NCBI RefSeq assembly: GCF_022539665.2
Contig: NC_081331.1
Span: 2,294,001-2,358,000, forward strand
DNA length: 64,000 bases
Source: Daphnia carinata
Taxonomy: Eukaryota
Direction of reading: 5' to 3'
This document shows positions 38,601-59,600 of the stretch, one piece after another (position 1 is the first letter of the stretch; every line of letters begins with the position of its first letter). Made by a program: the position numbers and the translations under genes. The notes beneath the pieces are model-generated. The model did not search any database and was not told where the DNA came from. It saw only the letters and a program-made list of their open reading frames with translations.

Positions 38601-39818
38601 CATACTGTTCACCACAGGGTGCAGTACGACACGATCTACAGACAAGTTGTCAAGTACCAGACCACCACGGAGAAAAAGCACGCGTGCTGTCCCGGATGGA
38701 CCCACGCGGCCAAACACACCCACGGATGCTTACAAGGTCTCAATCAACTATTGTAACCCCTCCCAAGTCAGCCTATATTTCTAATCCTTTCCCTTTGTTG
38801 CAGCTGTGTGTAACAAAGGATGCAAGAATGGCGGCACTTGCGTCAAACCCAACGTCTGCACGTGCGCTCCGGGATACACTGGCCCGTCTTGCGAGTCAGG
38901 TATCATAACCGATTTGTCAACTGTCATGTACGGATAACGAACGAGGAAGTAAATCATGTTTTTTGTCTGACCTGATGCCGTGCGTAGACCTCGATGAATG
39001 TGCAGCACCAGGCAACAACGTTTGCCAGCAAACGTGTATCAACTCCGCCGGAAGTTATCAATGCGCCTGTCACGAGGGTTTCCAGCTGCAAGACGACGGT
39101 AGATCCTGCAAATGTAAATCAGACATTTTACATTAATATTTATGCAATCATGCGGTAAAAATTGAGGTCATACTTTATGTATTTTTGTTTTTGCGTGGTT
39201 ATCGTTGTTAGTTCGATTGGAATTGATTCCAGAGCTTCAAACACTTTTAACCAACTACGAGTCCATGTCTAAACGATTGGCCGTGCTGGAACAGGTAAAA
39301 TAAAAAAGCTTTTCTATCGATTTCACTTTTTCTTTCATTGAAGTTTCTTCAATTGTGGTTGCAGGAACCCAGATTCAACAATAGCGTGAGTCCACCGATT
39401 CCTACCGCACCGCAGGTAGACATTGTTGACTATCAGTCAACCATAGCCAATATGACAGATCATATTTTCTTATTGGAAGAAAAGCTGAACAAACTGGTAC
39501 GCATAAAAACGTCGCATCTAATTTTAAAACAAACACTCTCTACTATAGTTAAACTTGATCCGCACTGTAGCAAAATGAGACGACTTTGCTGATTGCTAAC
39601 AGCAGTAATCGCGTGGAATCCAGTGAATCCTCAAACAGTGATTTCGAATCATTGAGCGCACAGATATCCATTCTCGAGGAACGATTGGCCGACTGTAAGT
39701 ATTTGGAACGTTCAATCTGCATTGAATTTCTTTTTGGGTTCTGCCTAAAACGTCTCCCGATTTGACAGGTACATGCACAATGACCCCATCCGTTAATGCA
39801 GTCAAGATGCGCCCTTAG
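35699..39818 (+). CDS. EGFL7/EGFL8-like secreted protein (EMI domain, EGF, calcium-binding EGF, coiled-coil)
   Basis: Exons 35699-36039, 38346-38471 ([23 protein letters not shown]), 38618-38736 (CCPGW), 38804-38899 ([28 protein letters not shown]) and 38988-39113 (DLDEC...[12 protein letters not shown]). Short coiled-coil exons follow, ending [10 protein letters not shown]...KMRP* at 39818. This domain order is typical of EGFL7/8. Confidence 0.88.
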
Positions 39819-40139
39819 CCAACTTTGCGCCGTCCAACTTTCCCAACTATCTTGCCACCGAGCGGATCGTCACTTCCTTAAAAGTCCAATACATTAAAAG
39901 AAACACGATTCGAACCAAGCCGAACTTCCATCCCCTTATTTTTTCGCATCATCACATCCAAGCCACTGACTGCCACGTGACGTGACTGTTTTTTTCTTGT
40001 TTTTTTTTTCAATCGTTTTTGTTTTCGAATTCTGGAAGTTAACTGGAAATATATAGACACGCTATCATCGGATTCCACCTGGATTCATTATATTTTTACA
40101 ATGCAATTCAATAAGCGATCACAGGTGTGTGACCCATCC

Positions 40140-41704
40140 TTACTTAACATCGAAATCTGCTAGGAGCCCCCAATGATCGCTCGGGAAACACTGATACCCC
40201 GAAATTTTTTGTAAACCAATCAGACCAAAGAATTTAGGGACGGCAGAATTCGACGTGGAGGGCCGTAAGAAGATGCGATCGAAGCGACAACGCGGTTTGA
40301 ATTGGCCAGGAAATTCCTTGTTGGTGTTTCTCATAGTGTCCCACGTCCACTGGCATTCCTTGCGCGAACCGCACGCTTCCCAGACGTCATACGTGCGATC
40401 AGGCAATCCCCCGACATTGGCCAACTAATAATAAGAAATATTGTGTCAACAGTCACTTACCATTTCAAATCACCAAACAGAGACCTCTTTATCGCGCATA
40501 TTCAAATCGCCTCCCATTACGACGTTCACAGACTTATCGGTTTCACTGATTTCGCGGAAACTGATGTTTAATTGGTTCATTCGCTCAGCTGCAAATTCTC
40601 CCGTACTTTCCATGTGAGTATTCAACAGCTTCAACTTTAGAGTACCCATATGAGCCTACAAATCATTTCATTCATTGTTAGATACTACTTTATAAATCTG
40701 CTTTTATCTACTTTTATCTGCTCACCACTCACCTCAACTTTAAGCAGATTACGTCCCATAGTAGTCTGTGGAAAACTGATGACGTCATGGGAGTCGTAAT
40801 GGATGGTAAACATGTTAAGCATGGTAACCGTAAAATACCTACAAAGCAAAGTAACATGTTGATATTAAACGAACGCATGACTACTGGACTTTACGTGCCT
40901 ACCCATCTTCATCGCCAGCTATGAATTTATATTCAGGAAGATTGTTCTCCAAGTAGTCTAAGGTTTTCGGGATCACCTCCTTTAAGTTGATTACACCGTA
41001 CATAAGGACACAATCGGTAAAAGAATGCGGTCTTTGGTGTTACCTGGAGAAAAACAATATCGGGCCTTTGTGACTGCAGGATTTTGACGACTGATTTGGT
41101 ACGCATTTTCAGATTGCGATCGTCAAGTCCATCGATATTCCATGATATCATGCGGAATTCTGAAGGTGGTTTCGTCGTTGCCGTTTCGAGGAATTTAGCG
41201 ACATCTTCTGCTTCGGCTAATTTGTTAGCAACATCCTTACTACGTGCAAAAAAATTTGATCGATTCTTTAAAAATTTCAGATAACCTATTGGTAAACTTC
41301 TGTATTTTTTTTTTACTTAATATTGAAAACAATCTGTGGTTCATCACCATCTGTGAGCACATGTACCCCTCCAGATTTTTTTGCTCCAAAGTAGGCATCA
41401 AGTGACCTCTGTACAAATAGAAATAGAATAAAATTACGTTGAAATAATGTTATGGAATGAAATGCAAGTCAAATTACTTACTTGTAAATCCCAATCTCTA
41501 TCTTGTAAATAGAACTGAGCACATGCCTAGTTAAACCATAATGAAAACACCCACAATTAAATAGGCTGTACCACCTAGGGTAAAACGTTACTTATTTACC
41601 GTATCTGTGCCTGTAACTTCTGCAAATTTGGTAACTAAATCAGCAGCCTCTTTAGCATTTGGGACATAACCATCTTCAGATTGAGATGAACTTGCCTCAT
41701 TCAT
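40140..41704 (-). CDS. TDP2: Tyrosyl-DNA phosphodiesterase 2
   Basis: N-terminal UBA-like segment FAEVTGTDTACAQFYLQDRDWDLQRSLDAYF. EEP-domain motifs ISWNIDGLD, PDIVFLQEV, NTHMES, GDLNMRD, WTWDT, RFDRIF and PSDHWGL. ATG at 41704. Confidence 0.94.
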
Positions 41705-44012
41705 CGTGAATCTAAATAAAATTGAAAGTTAGATGTAGCAATCTTACAGTACCACGATATGCATCAACTATATCTTATTAGAACATTATAGTAACAGCTA
41801 AAAAAGGTAACAATTGAGAAGTTTATGAATAAGAAAAAACAGTAAAAAATAGCAGTAAACCAATAAGGAATGAATGAAGAAGCAAAGATAATTTGCTTAA
41901 TGCATTTTTTTTTTTACCTGTGGAAAAGCTTCTGCTGATGACTATGATGTGAAGCAAAAGAAATAAATGAAATGCATCCACATAAAATGTTTTTAAGTAA
42001 TAGGTTTTGTCTGAATGCTGGTAAAATACCTATCCTGAAAACTGAGATAGCAATGAGGAGAATATCGGGTTAGATTTTCAGTAATCAAGACACAAATTGA
42101 CGATTAGACGTTTCTAGACGAAGGTCTTAGAGAACGAATGCAAACGTTTTACAAAATCTTTCCTCACGACAAAAGCTCAAGAAGAACCGACTAGAATAGA
42201 ATTATGTCCTGATTTCTTTCATTTTTCGTAATTGAATTTTTGGAATTACAACTTTTCATAATAACATTTCATTTAAATAAACGTACTTTTTAATCCTTCA
42301 CAAGGTGGTTACGGCAGCAATGTGGGTACGGATTTTGAAAACATGCAGAACACAGCGACATCTGCTGTTCGAATGTAACGACATCTCCAGGAGAAATTAA
42401 TAACCTAATTTAATTCGGGAAAAAAATATAAATAAAAATTGAAGGAGAATCGCGAATGATAGATCATTTTAACAATTGACGAAATGTTTAATTCTAATAA
42501 TACTTTGTGAAGTTTATTTGATATCGACCTATGCCCAGGCAGACTATCAGACTATCACCTGTCTGTGCTCAGTTCAATAACAGATAAAGACATTTGTGAA
42601 TCGTGACTATTACGACAATCCGACAATTGCATAATGGAGGAAATTAATTACCTTGAGATGTAAATTTGGTTGCATGGATTCTGAAGCCCTATAATTATTA
42701 AATTTGGCACAACTGCTTGCTAGAGTCGATAGAATATACAATTTTGTGTTTATAGCAATCAGATTAAACGTGTGCACTTCAGGCAAACGTACACCTTTGC
42801 TAGTAACCAAAACAACAAAGCTAACTAGATTACTTTAAATACCGACGTCTCCTCTTCTTCGGTATAATAACTAATGTATGTTGCGACAAGAAATTTATTT
42901 TTCGTACACTTCTGTATTCATACGAACAAATGAAAACATTTGAGTTTCGGTCTCAGTTCTCTTTATGCATCGTCACGCTTTCTGTTGACGATTAAACAGG
43001 AGTTCGAAGAATGTGCTATAATGTCGAGCCGCTCACGAAATGTAAATGGTAAAAAAAGGGGGGGGGGGGGGGGGTCCTATGAAGAAGGAGTGGCGGATAA
43101 TCAACATGAGACACGGTAACTTCTAGGTAGTCTTCAAATATGCGTCATTATAATCCCGGCGAGGCTAAAATATCACACAAAAGGGAAACAGTTAAGCCTC
43201 TTTAACGTACACAATAGATATATACGATGTCGACAGCAGAAGACCCTATGCGCACGTAATAATCGCGTCAAAGCAGGTGGGGTGCTTGTATGCCGGTTTT
43301 GCTAGACGGTTGCGCGAACGCCGATACTCGGGAACAGAACAATCTTTGTCCAACTCGGCTCGTGTCAGGAACAATCTGCTGGAGGGCAGACCCTTTCCCT
43401 AACTGAAACAATTAGTGACGTTGTTCATTTGTTTTTTTTTGGCAAAAGCAACGCCCACTGTCTGGGGAAATCTGCATTCGACGTAAGTGAAGTCACGAAC
43501 ACGGTGACTGAGATTGGCAGGTTACCCATCGCTTTTATTTTACTGACTGACGAATCTTCCGGACGTCGCACGAGACAACAACGTCGACGTTGAAAATCCC
43601 TCATGCTCTTGAACGTTTGCTGTGAGTATACCGTTTTCTTTCGCATATTATTTGACATCCTGTCCCCAACTGCATGCTGCCAAAATGGAACGTGAGAAAC
43701 CCATTATGGCGGCTGCTTGATGATGCTATTTGTTTGCTTTCAATTTCTCTTTTTTTTTTTTACTAATGGAGATGAAAAGCTTTGTCCTTAATTGCCAAGT
43801 GCCCTTTTTTTCTATATTGTTTGAGCAAATTCTTGCTACTTCAGTATCTAAGGATCAATCTCGATTCCCTTTGGTATCTTATCTGCTAGAGACGTAATGA
43901 ATAGAAAGACAAACTGTTGGGCCCTTTTTCGTTGAAAATAGTCGTCGCAAATACATGTTCTTGATTATAGTCAATAATTTCGGGCCAAACTGCCGTATTA
44001 CATTGAAGGTTT

Positions 44013-47000
44013 ATGTATCATATCAGATGGAGACCAAATCCACTGAGACTGAGAACAAGAGTGAATGTGAAGAACAACAATTGTCGCCAACCAAACCGAC
44101 CCAACAACAGCAAGAGGCCGGCATACGTAGTCCACTTGGTATTTTTGAAGAAGCGCGTCAAGTCTGGTGGCAAGAAGAGACGTGACAGCGGACATTCCGA
44201 CGGTGATTACGAATCTGTCAGCACCATCGACGAAGAACGATCCGACAAGGTAATTGCATCACCGTCGACAACGGCCGCCAGTCGTCGTCTTTCCCTCGAC
44301 TCGGCATCAACGTCGCAACCGATCCAGAATCTGAGCAGCAAGGAAAGACCTCGACAGTATCGAGGCATTGCCAAGGTTTTTCACGATTTGAAATATCGCT
44401 CTCGAGTTCGTAAAAGCCATTCAGCTCCACCGGCCGGTATGGATAATACGAAAGTTTCGAGTCCAGTGTCGGTTGCAACGGTCGATGATGATTCGTTCTC
44501 TTCGTACGCGACGGCCATGGGAGCCCACAGTTCGGGCTATTCGACGCCGTTGTTGTCGTCCAATTTGGGCAGTCCAGAAACTTCTTTGACAGAGAGTTTT
44601 GTCGAAGAAGACGAAGAACAAGCCGATGATACAACTACAGTTGAAGAGTCCCATAGTCCAGCTCAGGTAATTTTCAACCCGTTTGGTGCCACACCCCTGC
44701 CACCCAATATTTCCCGCTTGGTATGCGGCGTTTATATTGTAGGTCCCACTCTTCGTCGCATAGATGTAGCTGATCCTTCTGCTTTGCCTAATTTACTGGG
44801 ATCTCAGGTTGCTGCTGTTCAGCTGGCCAGTCCACCGTCTGAACCTGCCTCACCTTCTGCTACAATGGCCTCCTCTGAAACCTTAGCGGTGTCGATTCCT
44901 AAAGCTTCTAGTCTTGAAACAGAACCCGTAGACGTTGATGAAACCCTAGCAAGTCCTTGTAGCACTATCAACATGCCTGAGTATCAACAACACAAAGAAG
45001 AAGAAGCCACTCCCGTTTCTACGGAGGCGTCTTCTGCCGGCGTTTCTACTTCCTCTTCTTCGCCTGCCATTTCCCGCCCAGCAGAGGCCACCACCTCGAC
45101 TACCACTGCGACGTCTGGTCAAAGGTCGAGAATACCACTTTTGTCACAACACCGTTCCTCTGTTCCTTGCACGTCGACCATCCAAGAGTCAGCCGGATCA
45201 TTGAAAGCTCAACAGCCGGAACGTTCTTCATCGACCAGCGAATTTCGTTTCTGTTTCAGCGAATACGTCAACGGCGAAACGACCATGTCGCCAACAAAAG
45301 GATCAATCCGTCCTCTGCCAACCGATGCCAAGCCGGAAACACTTAACAATACGGTACGTTTTTTTTTTTGGTTTTGTTCTGTTTTTATCCTTAGCCATTC
45401 CGGCTGATTCCGCGTAATTTTTTATAAAGCCTGACCGTAGGCTAATGTGTAGCTTCCACATCATAGGGAAATTTCCTTCTCTTCGTTCAATATGCTTTAA
45501 ACTGATAAGAGTCTATAGGGGGCAATGGGGCTCTAGGGGGAGAGATATGCAGCTCTAGTCTTTGGAATCTCTCGACCAGAATTGGTTGTTTTCTAGAAAG
45601 GGTGGTATTTACGACAATGACGCCTCTAGCAACTTTCTAGTTGTTAGGTTTGACTTAGATTCGGTCCCAAAATGTTATTTCCTCAGAAAAAAAAGGAAAG
45701 ACCTTCATTTGCTGTCAGGATTTTGGAGCGGACTGTGTCAATTCTCCCGCTCTTTATAATCCTGTTATCTTCTCACCGATCGGTGTGGTGCTTTTTCGAA
45801 GCTTTTCAGTTAGTAACGAGCCGGTTGTGAAACTAATCGCATGTGTCACCAGCTCTATCAACGTAACCTTTGCCCGTCTTTTCCAAAGAGAACGTTCCAG
45901 TGTTGGCAATTCAATGTCATAAAAAAAAATTCTAACCAACGCGTACAAGTGAACCAATAGCGAAGTGTTTAGTTGATTAACTTCGTGATTTATCCCTACG
46001 ATTGTGCGACGAATCGAAATTCACGCCCAGCAGTAATCAATTTTTTTTTCGTGAGTTGCTTGAGTTTGGCCGGCTGAACAAACTTGTTGTGTTGGAGGAA
46101 AGACCAAAATAGGAATGTCCACCACCAGAGCAGTTGTATCGCCAGTACGTCGGCCATCGAGCAAAGTAAAGTTTCGAAATGCAAATCAATAGTTTGCTTG
46201 TATTTTTCATGACTTTCAGTTTAAACTCGACCCCCAGACTGGAACAAACAAAGGGAACAATTGTTTGTCTGGGTATCTTATCGGCTGTTTTTTTCAAATG
46301 TTCGTGTTGTGATGTTTTGGCTTTAGTGAACGTGGTAGGAAGCAAGAAAGAGATTTCGACGTTTTACGGACGTCATTACCTCTGCGAGCTTTCTCTTTTG
46401 TCCTCTGAACTCCACAATTTTTAATTCACCTGCATTAAGTCATGTCCGCTGTCACATTGTTTTCCTGTTCCATATTTTTAATTTCATTAATATTTTTTTA
46501 AATTTCCCTTTTATGGAAATCAGGCGGCTAATGACGCCAATGGCTATCCAAAGAATGAACATTTGTACAAAGTGCTGGTCATCGGGGAGCTGGGAACGGG
46601 CAAAACTTCCATAATCAAACGCTATGTTCATCAGTTCTTTTCTCAACACTACCGGGCTACCATCGGCGTTGACTTTGCCCTGAAAGTCGTTCACTGGGAC
46701 CAAAGCACCGTCATCCGTCTTCAGTTATGGGACATTGCAGGTATTTTCCCCTCTCCGTTTCCATTTGCATGTTACGCTCAACTCTTGTTTTGTAACAATC
46801 AGGTCAAGAAAGGTTCGGCAACATGACTCGAGTTTATTACAAAGAAGCTGTTGGCGCATTCATCGTTTTTGACGTCACGCGAGGTAGCACGTTTGAATCG
46901 GTAGCTAAATGGAAACAAGACCTTGATACAAAGGTCCAACTACCGGACGGAAGTCCTATTCCGTGCGTTCTCCTCGCTAACAAGGTCTCTTATGCTACAC

Positions 47001-47375
47001 TAAACATCTGCAGAATTTTTAATTAATCGATTTATTGCATTGATAGTGTGACCAGCCGAAAGAAGGTATCGCAGCAAGTTCAGCCAAAATGGATGAATAC
47101 TGCAAGGAAAAAGGCTTTGCGGGATGGTTTGAAACCTCAGCCAAAGATAACATTAACATCGATGACGCGGCGAAATTCCTCGTTGGCACGGTAAATATTT
47201 GATTGAATTAATATTATTAAAGATTTTATTTTTTTTTTTTTTATTGGTTTTTCTCGTTTAGATCCTCCAAAACGATCAGTGGAGTACCAGCATCAAAGAA
47301 GAGGATTCCGACAAGCTAGATCTAAATGGCAAAGGAGGAACTGCCGGTGCCGATAAAAAGAACAATTGCTGTTGA
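44013..47375 (+). CDS. Rab32: Rab32/Rab38-family GTPase (lightoid-like), predicted long isoform with Ser/Thr/Pro-rich N-terminal exon
   Basis: GTPase exons 46524-46740, 46803-46985, 47047-47190 and 47262-47375 give [27 protein letters not shown] (typical of Rab32/38/29), LLANKCD, ETSAK and a C-terminal CC. ORF 44013-45353 ends ACG|GTACGT in phase 0, compatible with the acceptor at 46524. The start site is uncertain. Confidence 0.9.
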
Positions 47376-48504
47376 TTTCTCACGCCCTTTTTCACGAGCG
47401 TGTATCTTTGCGTGCCCGATTGAGAAAAAAAAACGTGCGCCATTTCGTCTCAAGTGAAAGGCCTACCGTTTAAGTTTCCTCAATTTCTCTTTTTCGCTAG
47501 TGGGGTACTTCCGGCTCTTACCGGTTTTTAAAATAATTATGTCGGGACATTGCGCCACTTTGAGGGATTTGTGGGGGGAAAAAAAGCTAAAGAAATGGCA
47601 AAAAGGGGAAAATGTGGGAACGTGTTCTGCACTGTCTTTAAAGTGTATCCGTGTTTTATGCAGTCGTTCTATAATTATGCTTTACGTTAAGTGAGCGCGC
47701 ATCGACTATTTTACTAGTCCCTTGCCGGTTTGTTTTTGTCTTGAAATGTTTTCTTATATATCATAGTATTCCCTATGTTCATTTAATTTCTTCGAAAATC
47801 ATCCAACTCAATCAATGGATCTGAATTCTGTGTTGATGGGGCACCACATCGCGGCAGCCATTTGGCCACATTTTCTCTATTAATATCAGAGTATAAGTAT
47901 ATCGTCGCTAATCTATGAGTTTTAACGCAAAATCTTGTCGATATGTCTATTATAAAATTCTTCTATTAATGGCAGCCATGTTTTCTCTATTTGGGTTGGG
48001 ATCCGCAAATGACTCCCTCACGTTTTCACGCCTGTCTTTATCGTACGCGTCTTGTGTATCTGCACGACATCAAATCATACGAAAGATGAATACATTATAA
48101 TAAGCAAATTGACTCGGTTCGTCTACTCGCCGCTTTCTAACATAAAATCTCGCACCTTGCACTCGAATGTTATCGAAACGGAGATTGCTCCTTTCTATTG
48201 TATTTGAAGAGTGAATTATAACATGTGGGATCATTGCGGGTTCAGGTAACAAATTTTAAAAATCTATAACACATTGTGTACTATACAAACGATTCCAAAC
48301 AGCCTAACAGGTGAACGAATGGAATAGGAAATTGTTAATGACTAGATACTTGTCAAACTCGAGGTGAAATCAACGGAACAGGTCAAATAGGAAAATTCAA
48401 ACGGGGCCGTTAACTTACGGGTTATCGTCCCGATATCATCAAGCAAACAAAACGGACTTGAAGTAAAACTAGGAAATTGTGACAACATAATAATTTTTTT
48501 TTTT

Positions 48505-56668
<8,164 letters not shown>

Positions 56669-59600
56669 GGTTAACAGGCCAGCGGGAGGTTTTGCTCAAT
56701 CGTTTTCAAGCTCTTATTATTCCTGTAAATCGTTGTAATAAAGTACAGGGTGAATCGTGATTGATGGCCAAAGGACTAGCACTATCGTGATGCGCTTAAT
56801 GTACGGTCACTGAAGCCAAACGGCCAAAACATTAAAAATTTTTAAAACAAGGGCCACGAATATTTGAGATCACGAATTTTAAACAGCTTCAAGGACGAGT
56901 GCACTTTTCTTGGGGAACAATAAAAAACTGTTCCATCCACCATGTTGTTGACTAATGGCTGAAATTTCAGCAACTAAATAGAAATAACCCAAAGTCCTAA
57001 ATGAAATCATTCCCTTTTTTTCAGTACTCGATTTTAGGGCGACAACGAGGGGGCACTTTTTTTCTAACTTGAATATAAACCGTGACCGACATATGTATAT
57101 AATAATGTGACCATTATATGCGCTGTTGTTGTTTCAGTTTCTCTCGGGGTGCGTGCAATGAGCGTAAATTGTCGTGAAGGAAAGAGAAGCACGGTCCTCC
57201 GACTAACCCACAAGTTCAATGACCAGATCGCCAGATCTCGCAGCAGAGCGAATATAAAAACAAACGTTGGTATCCTTTATATTTTTTTCCCTTTAATTCT
57301 TCTTTTATCTCACAGCCTGAGGATTCAATTACTTGTGAAATGAGCCACGAATAAAAGGCAAATACTCAGATTTTTTTTTTCCCTGCCGAAAGTGGCACGC
57401 CTTTTTTTATATTTGAAAATTCCAAGACCTAGATGATAGCAATTCGGTTATAAATAGATATCTATTCTTTTTTATGAGTCTCCTAGATATCGACAAATAA
57501 TAACAATGTAAAATCAAGAAGTGATACTTACCCTACCGAGGTTCTGGCTTACAGCCCTGCTGGTTACCTACTGAAATGTTGTCGAACATTTTCAGCAGTT
57601 CCAAGCGAAAGATGACAAAGAGAGAAGGGCGGGGGGGGGAGGACGGAAGCCAAACAATAATACAAAGAACTATGCAGACGGTGTATATAGAATGCAGTGA
57701 ACCGTCATGTTATTCATAGGATGAGGTCGTTGGAAATGTCAACCCTCCCCCCTTCTGGTGTTCGACCCTCTTCCTCCCACCTCCTTTCCCAGTAGGAAAA
57801 AAAGGAGGAATATAATTTAATTACGACGAGCTGAAATACAGGTAATAAACAGCAGACCTACGTAAGCGCATCTTATCTCCTTTAAAAAAAAATGAAAAAA
57901 CGTGTGCAGTGCACAAGACTTCCGCGTTAGTCATACGCGTGAGTGTCCTAAACAGTAAGATGTCGAAGAGATACCATAGAGCTGATACAAATGCAAATAT
58001 GAAAAGGTACGACTATCTTTTTTAAAAAATGGCTTGTTCAGATAACGTCAAATTTCAGAACACTATAGGCGTAATCGATTGTTACTGCAACTGGTTTCAA
58101 TGCAAATAGCAGTTCATTAGGGAAACCTGAAAATCCATTGCTTCATTTCCTTTTTCCTTTTTTTTTTTTTTGGCTATTTGCATTAAATTGATTGATTTGC
58201 AATAATGCGGTTGTCGTGAGAAACGGAAAAAAAAAACATGCTGAATTTGACATCTTGGCCCTTCCGCAGAAGTAAAAGAATGAGACCGACGAATGACAAT
58301 AAGTTGACCGACAGGTGCAACCCACCGATTTCTCCGCGAGATGTTTCTAATTTAACTCGTTGCCTGGAGAAAGTCCTGCTTGTAGAATTTAAAAATGTTT
58401 CAACAAGTGACCATTTCCTTTTTCTTATCATTTTTGATAGACTGGACTATCAGGCCGCACCAGATGTTTACATTTTCCTATACTGGATGCTGCAAAGGGA
58501 AACCGGTGTGCACAATTTCTCCACTGACACACGTCGTCGCCTTATGTTCCTCATTATACAGATTACCTCCCTCTTTTTTTCTTTTAAATATATTACTGTT
58601 TATAAATTTCTTGTTTTCTATATTCCATTTTTCAAAATTCTGTTTCTGTCTGATGGTCATTTGTGTGACTAATTAGAGCTACTGGAGAAAGTCGCAAGAA
58701 GCTTCGGTTAAACTGTTGAAAACAAAAATGCCATCCGGTTATTATGTTACGTCATTCTGGTCGGACTGCATTTTATTTTTATCGCCGCTTATCACAAATC
58801 AATAAAGAGAAGGAACAAAAAAAAAAGCCCAGCTTTTCTTTCTCCTATGGTACTGAAACCATCCAGCCTGATCAGCTTTTACCGAGATGGGGAGAGAATT
58901 ATACTGGGTCGCATGTACCCAACGGGGGCAAAAGAGTTCTCGTAACACAGATTACTTGGAAAATCATAAAAATAAATATTGCGGCCAATAAAGAGAAACG
59001 AAATATTTGCACGAATCTATTGCAAAGTGACTCGCATTCGTTTTTTTTTTTTCATGGGAATCTAACACTGGCTCGTTGATAATTTGATTACCAAAAAAGT
59101 TAAAGTTACAACTCTTTTCTAAAACGCTGGAGGCGTAGAGTACGGAGCGGGAATTTCAAACAAACGATGCGAACCATATAACAGGAAAATTAGCAAAAAT
59201 GCGTGTAGATTTTCAAGGTTATACCTAATAAAGCTGATGTGAATTTCCTGTCCCTTTGTTTCCATTTCCATGATTAAATTGACCCTGTTTCCGCTGATCC
59301 GCTAACGATCACGAACACCGCTATTCTTTCGATCGAATTAAAGGTTAGAGCTTCCGAGCTATAAACATTCTAAACTATTCATTTGTCGGCATGGCCGCTT
59401 CACAAGATACGTTCGTGACTGTGAAAAATAAGGCTTTTTTTTATAAATCATGTTCATCCAATTTTCACACTTTGTTAGTGAGTCGGTTGCTTATCGATAC
59501 ATAAATCTTATTCTGTGTCATCCATTTCAGCTGTGTAAACTTACGATATGCAAGAGTAGAGATTCAGAACGATAATAGCCGTTAACTGACGCAAATACCT

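Noticed and set aside
36040..39800. Intronic microRNA analogous to miR-126 in vertebrate EGFL7
   Set aside because: I saw no convincing pre-miRNA hairpin or miR-126-like sequence by eye; folding and small-RNA data would be needed.
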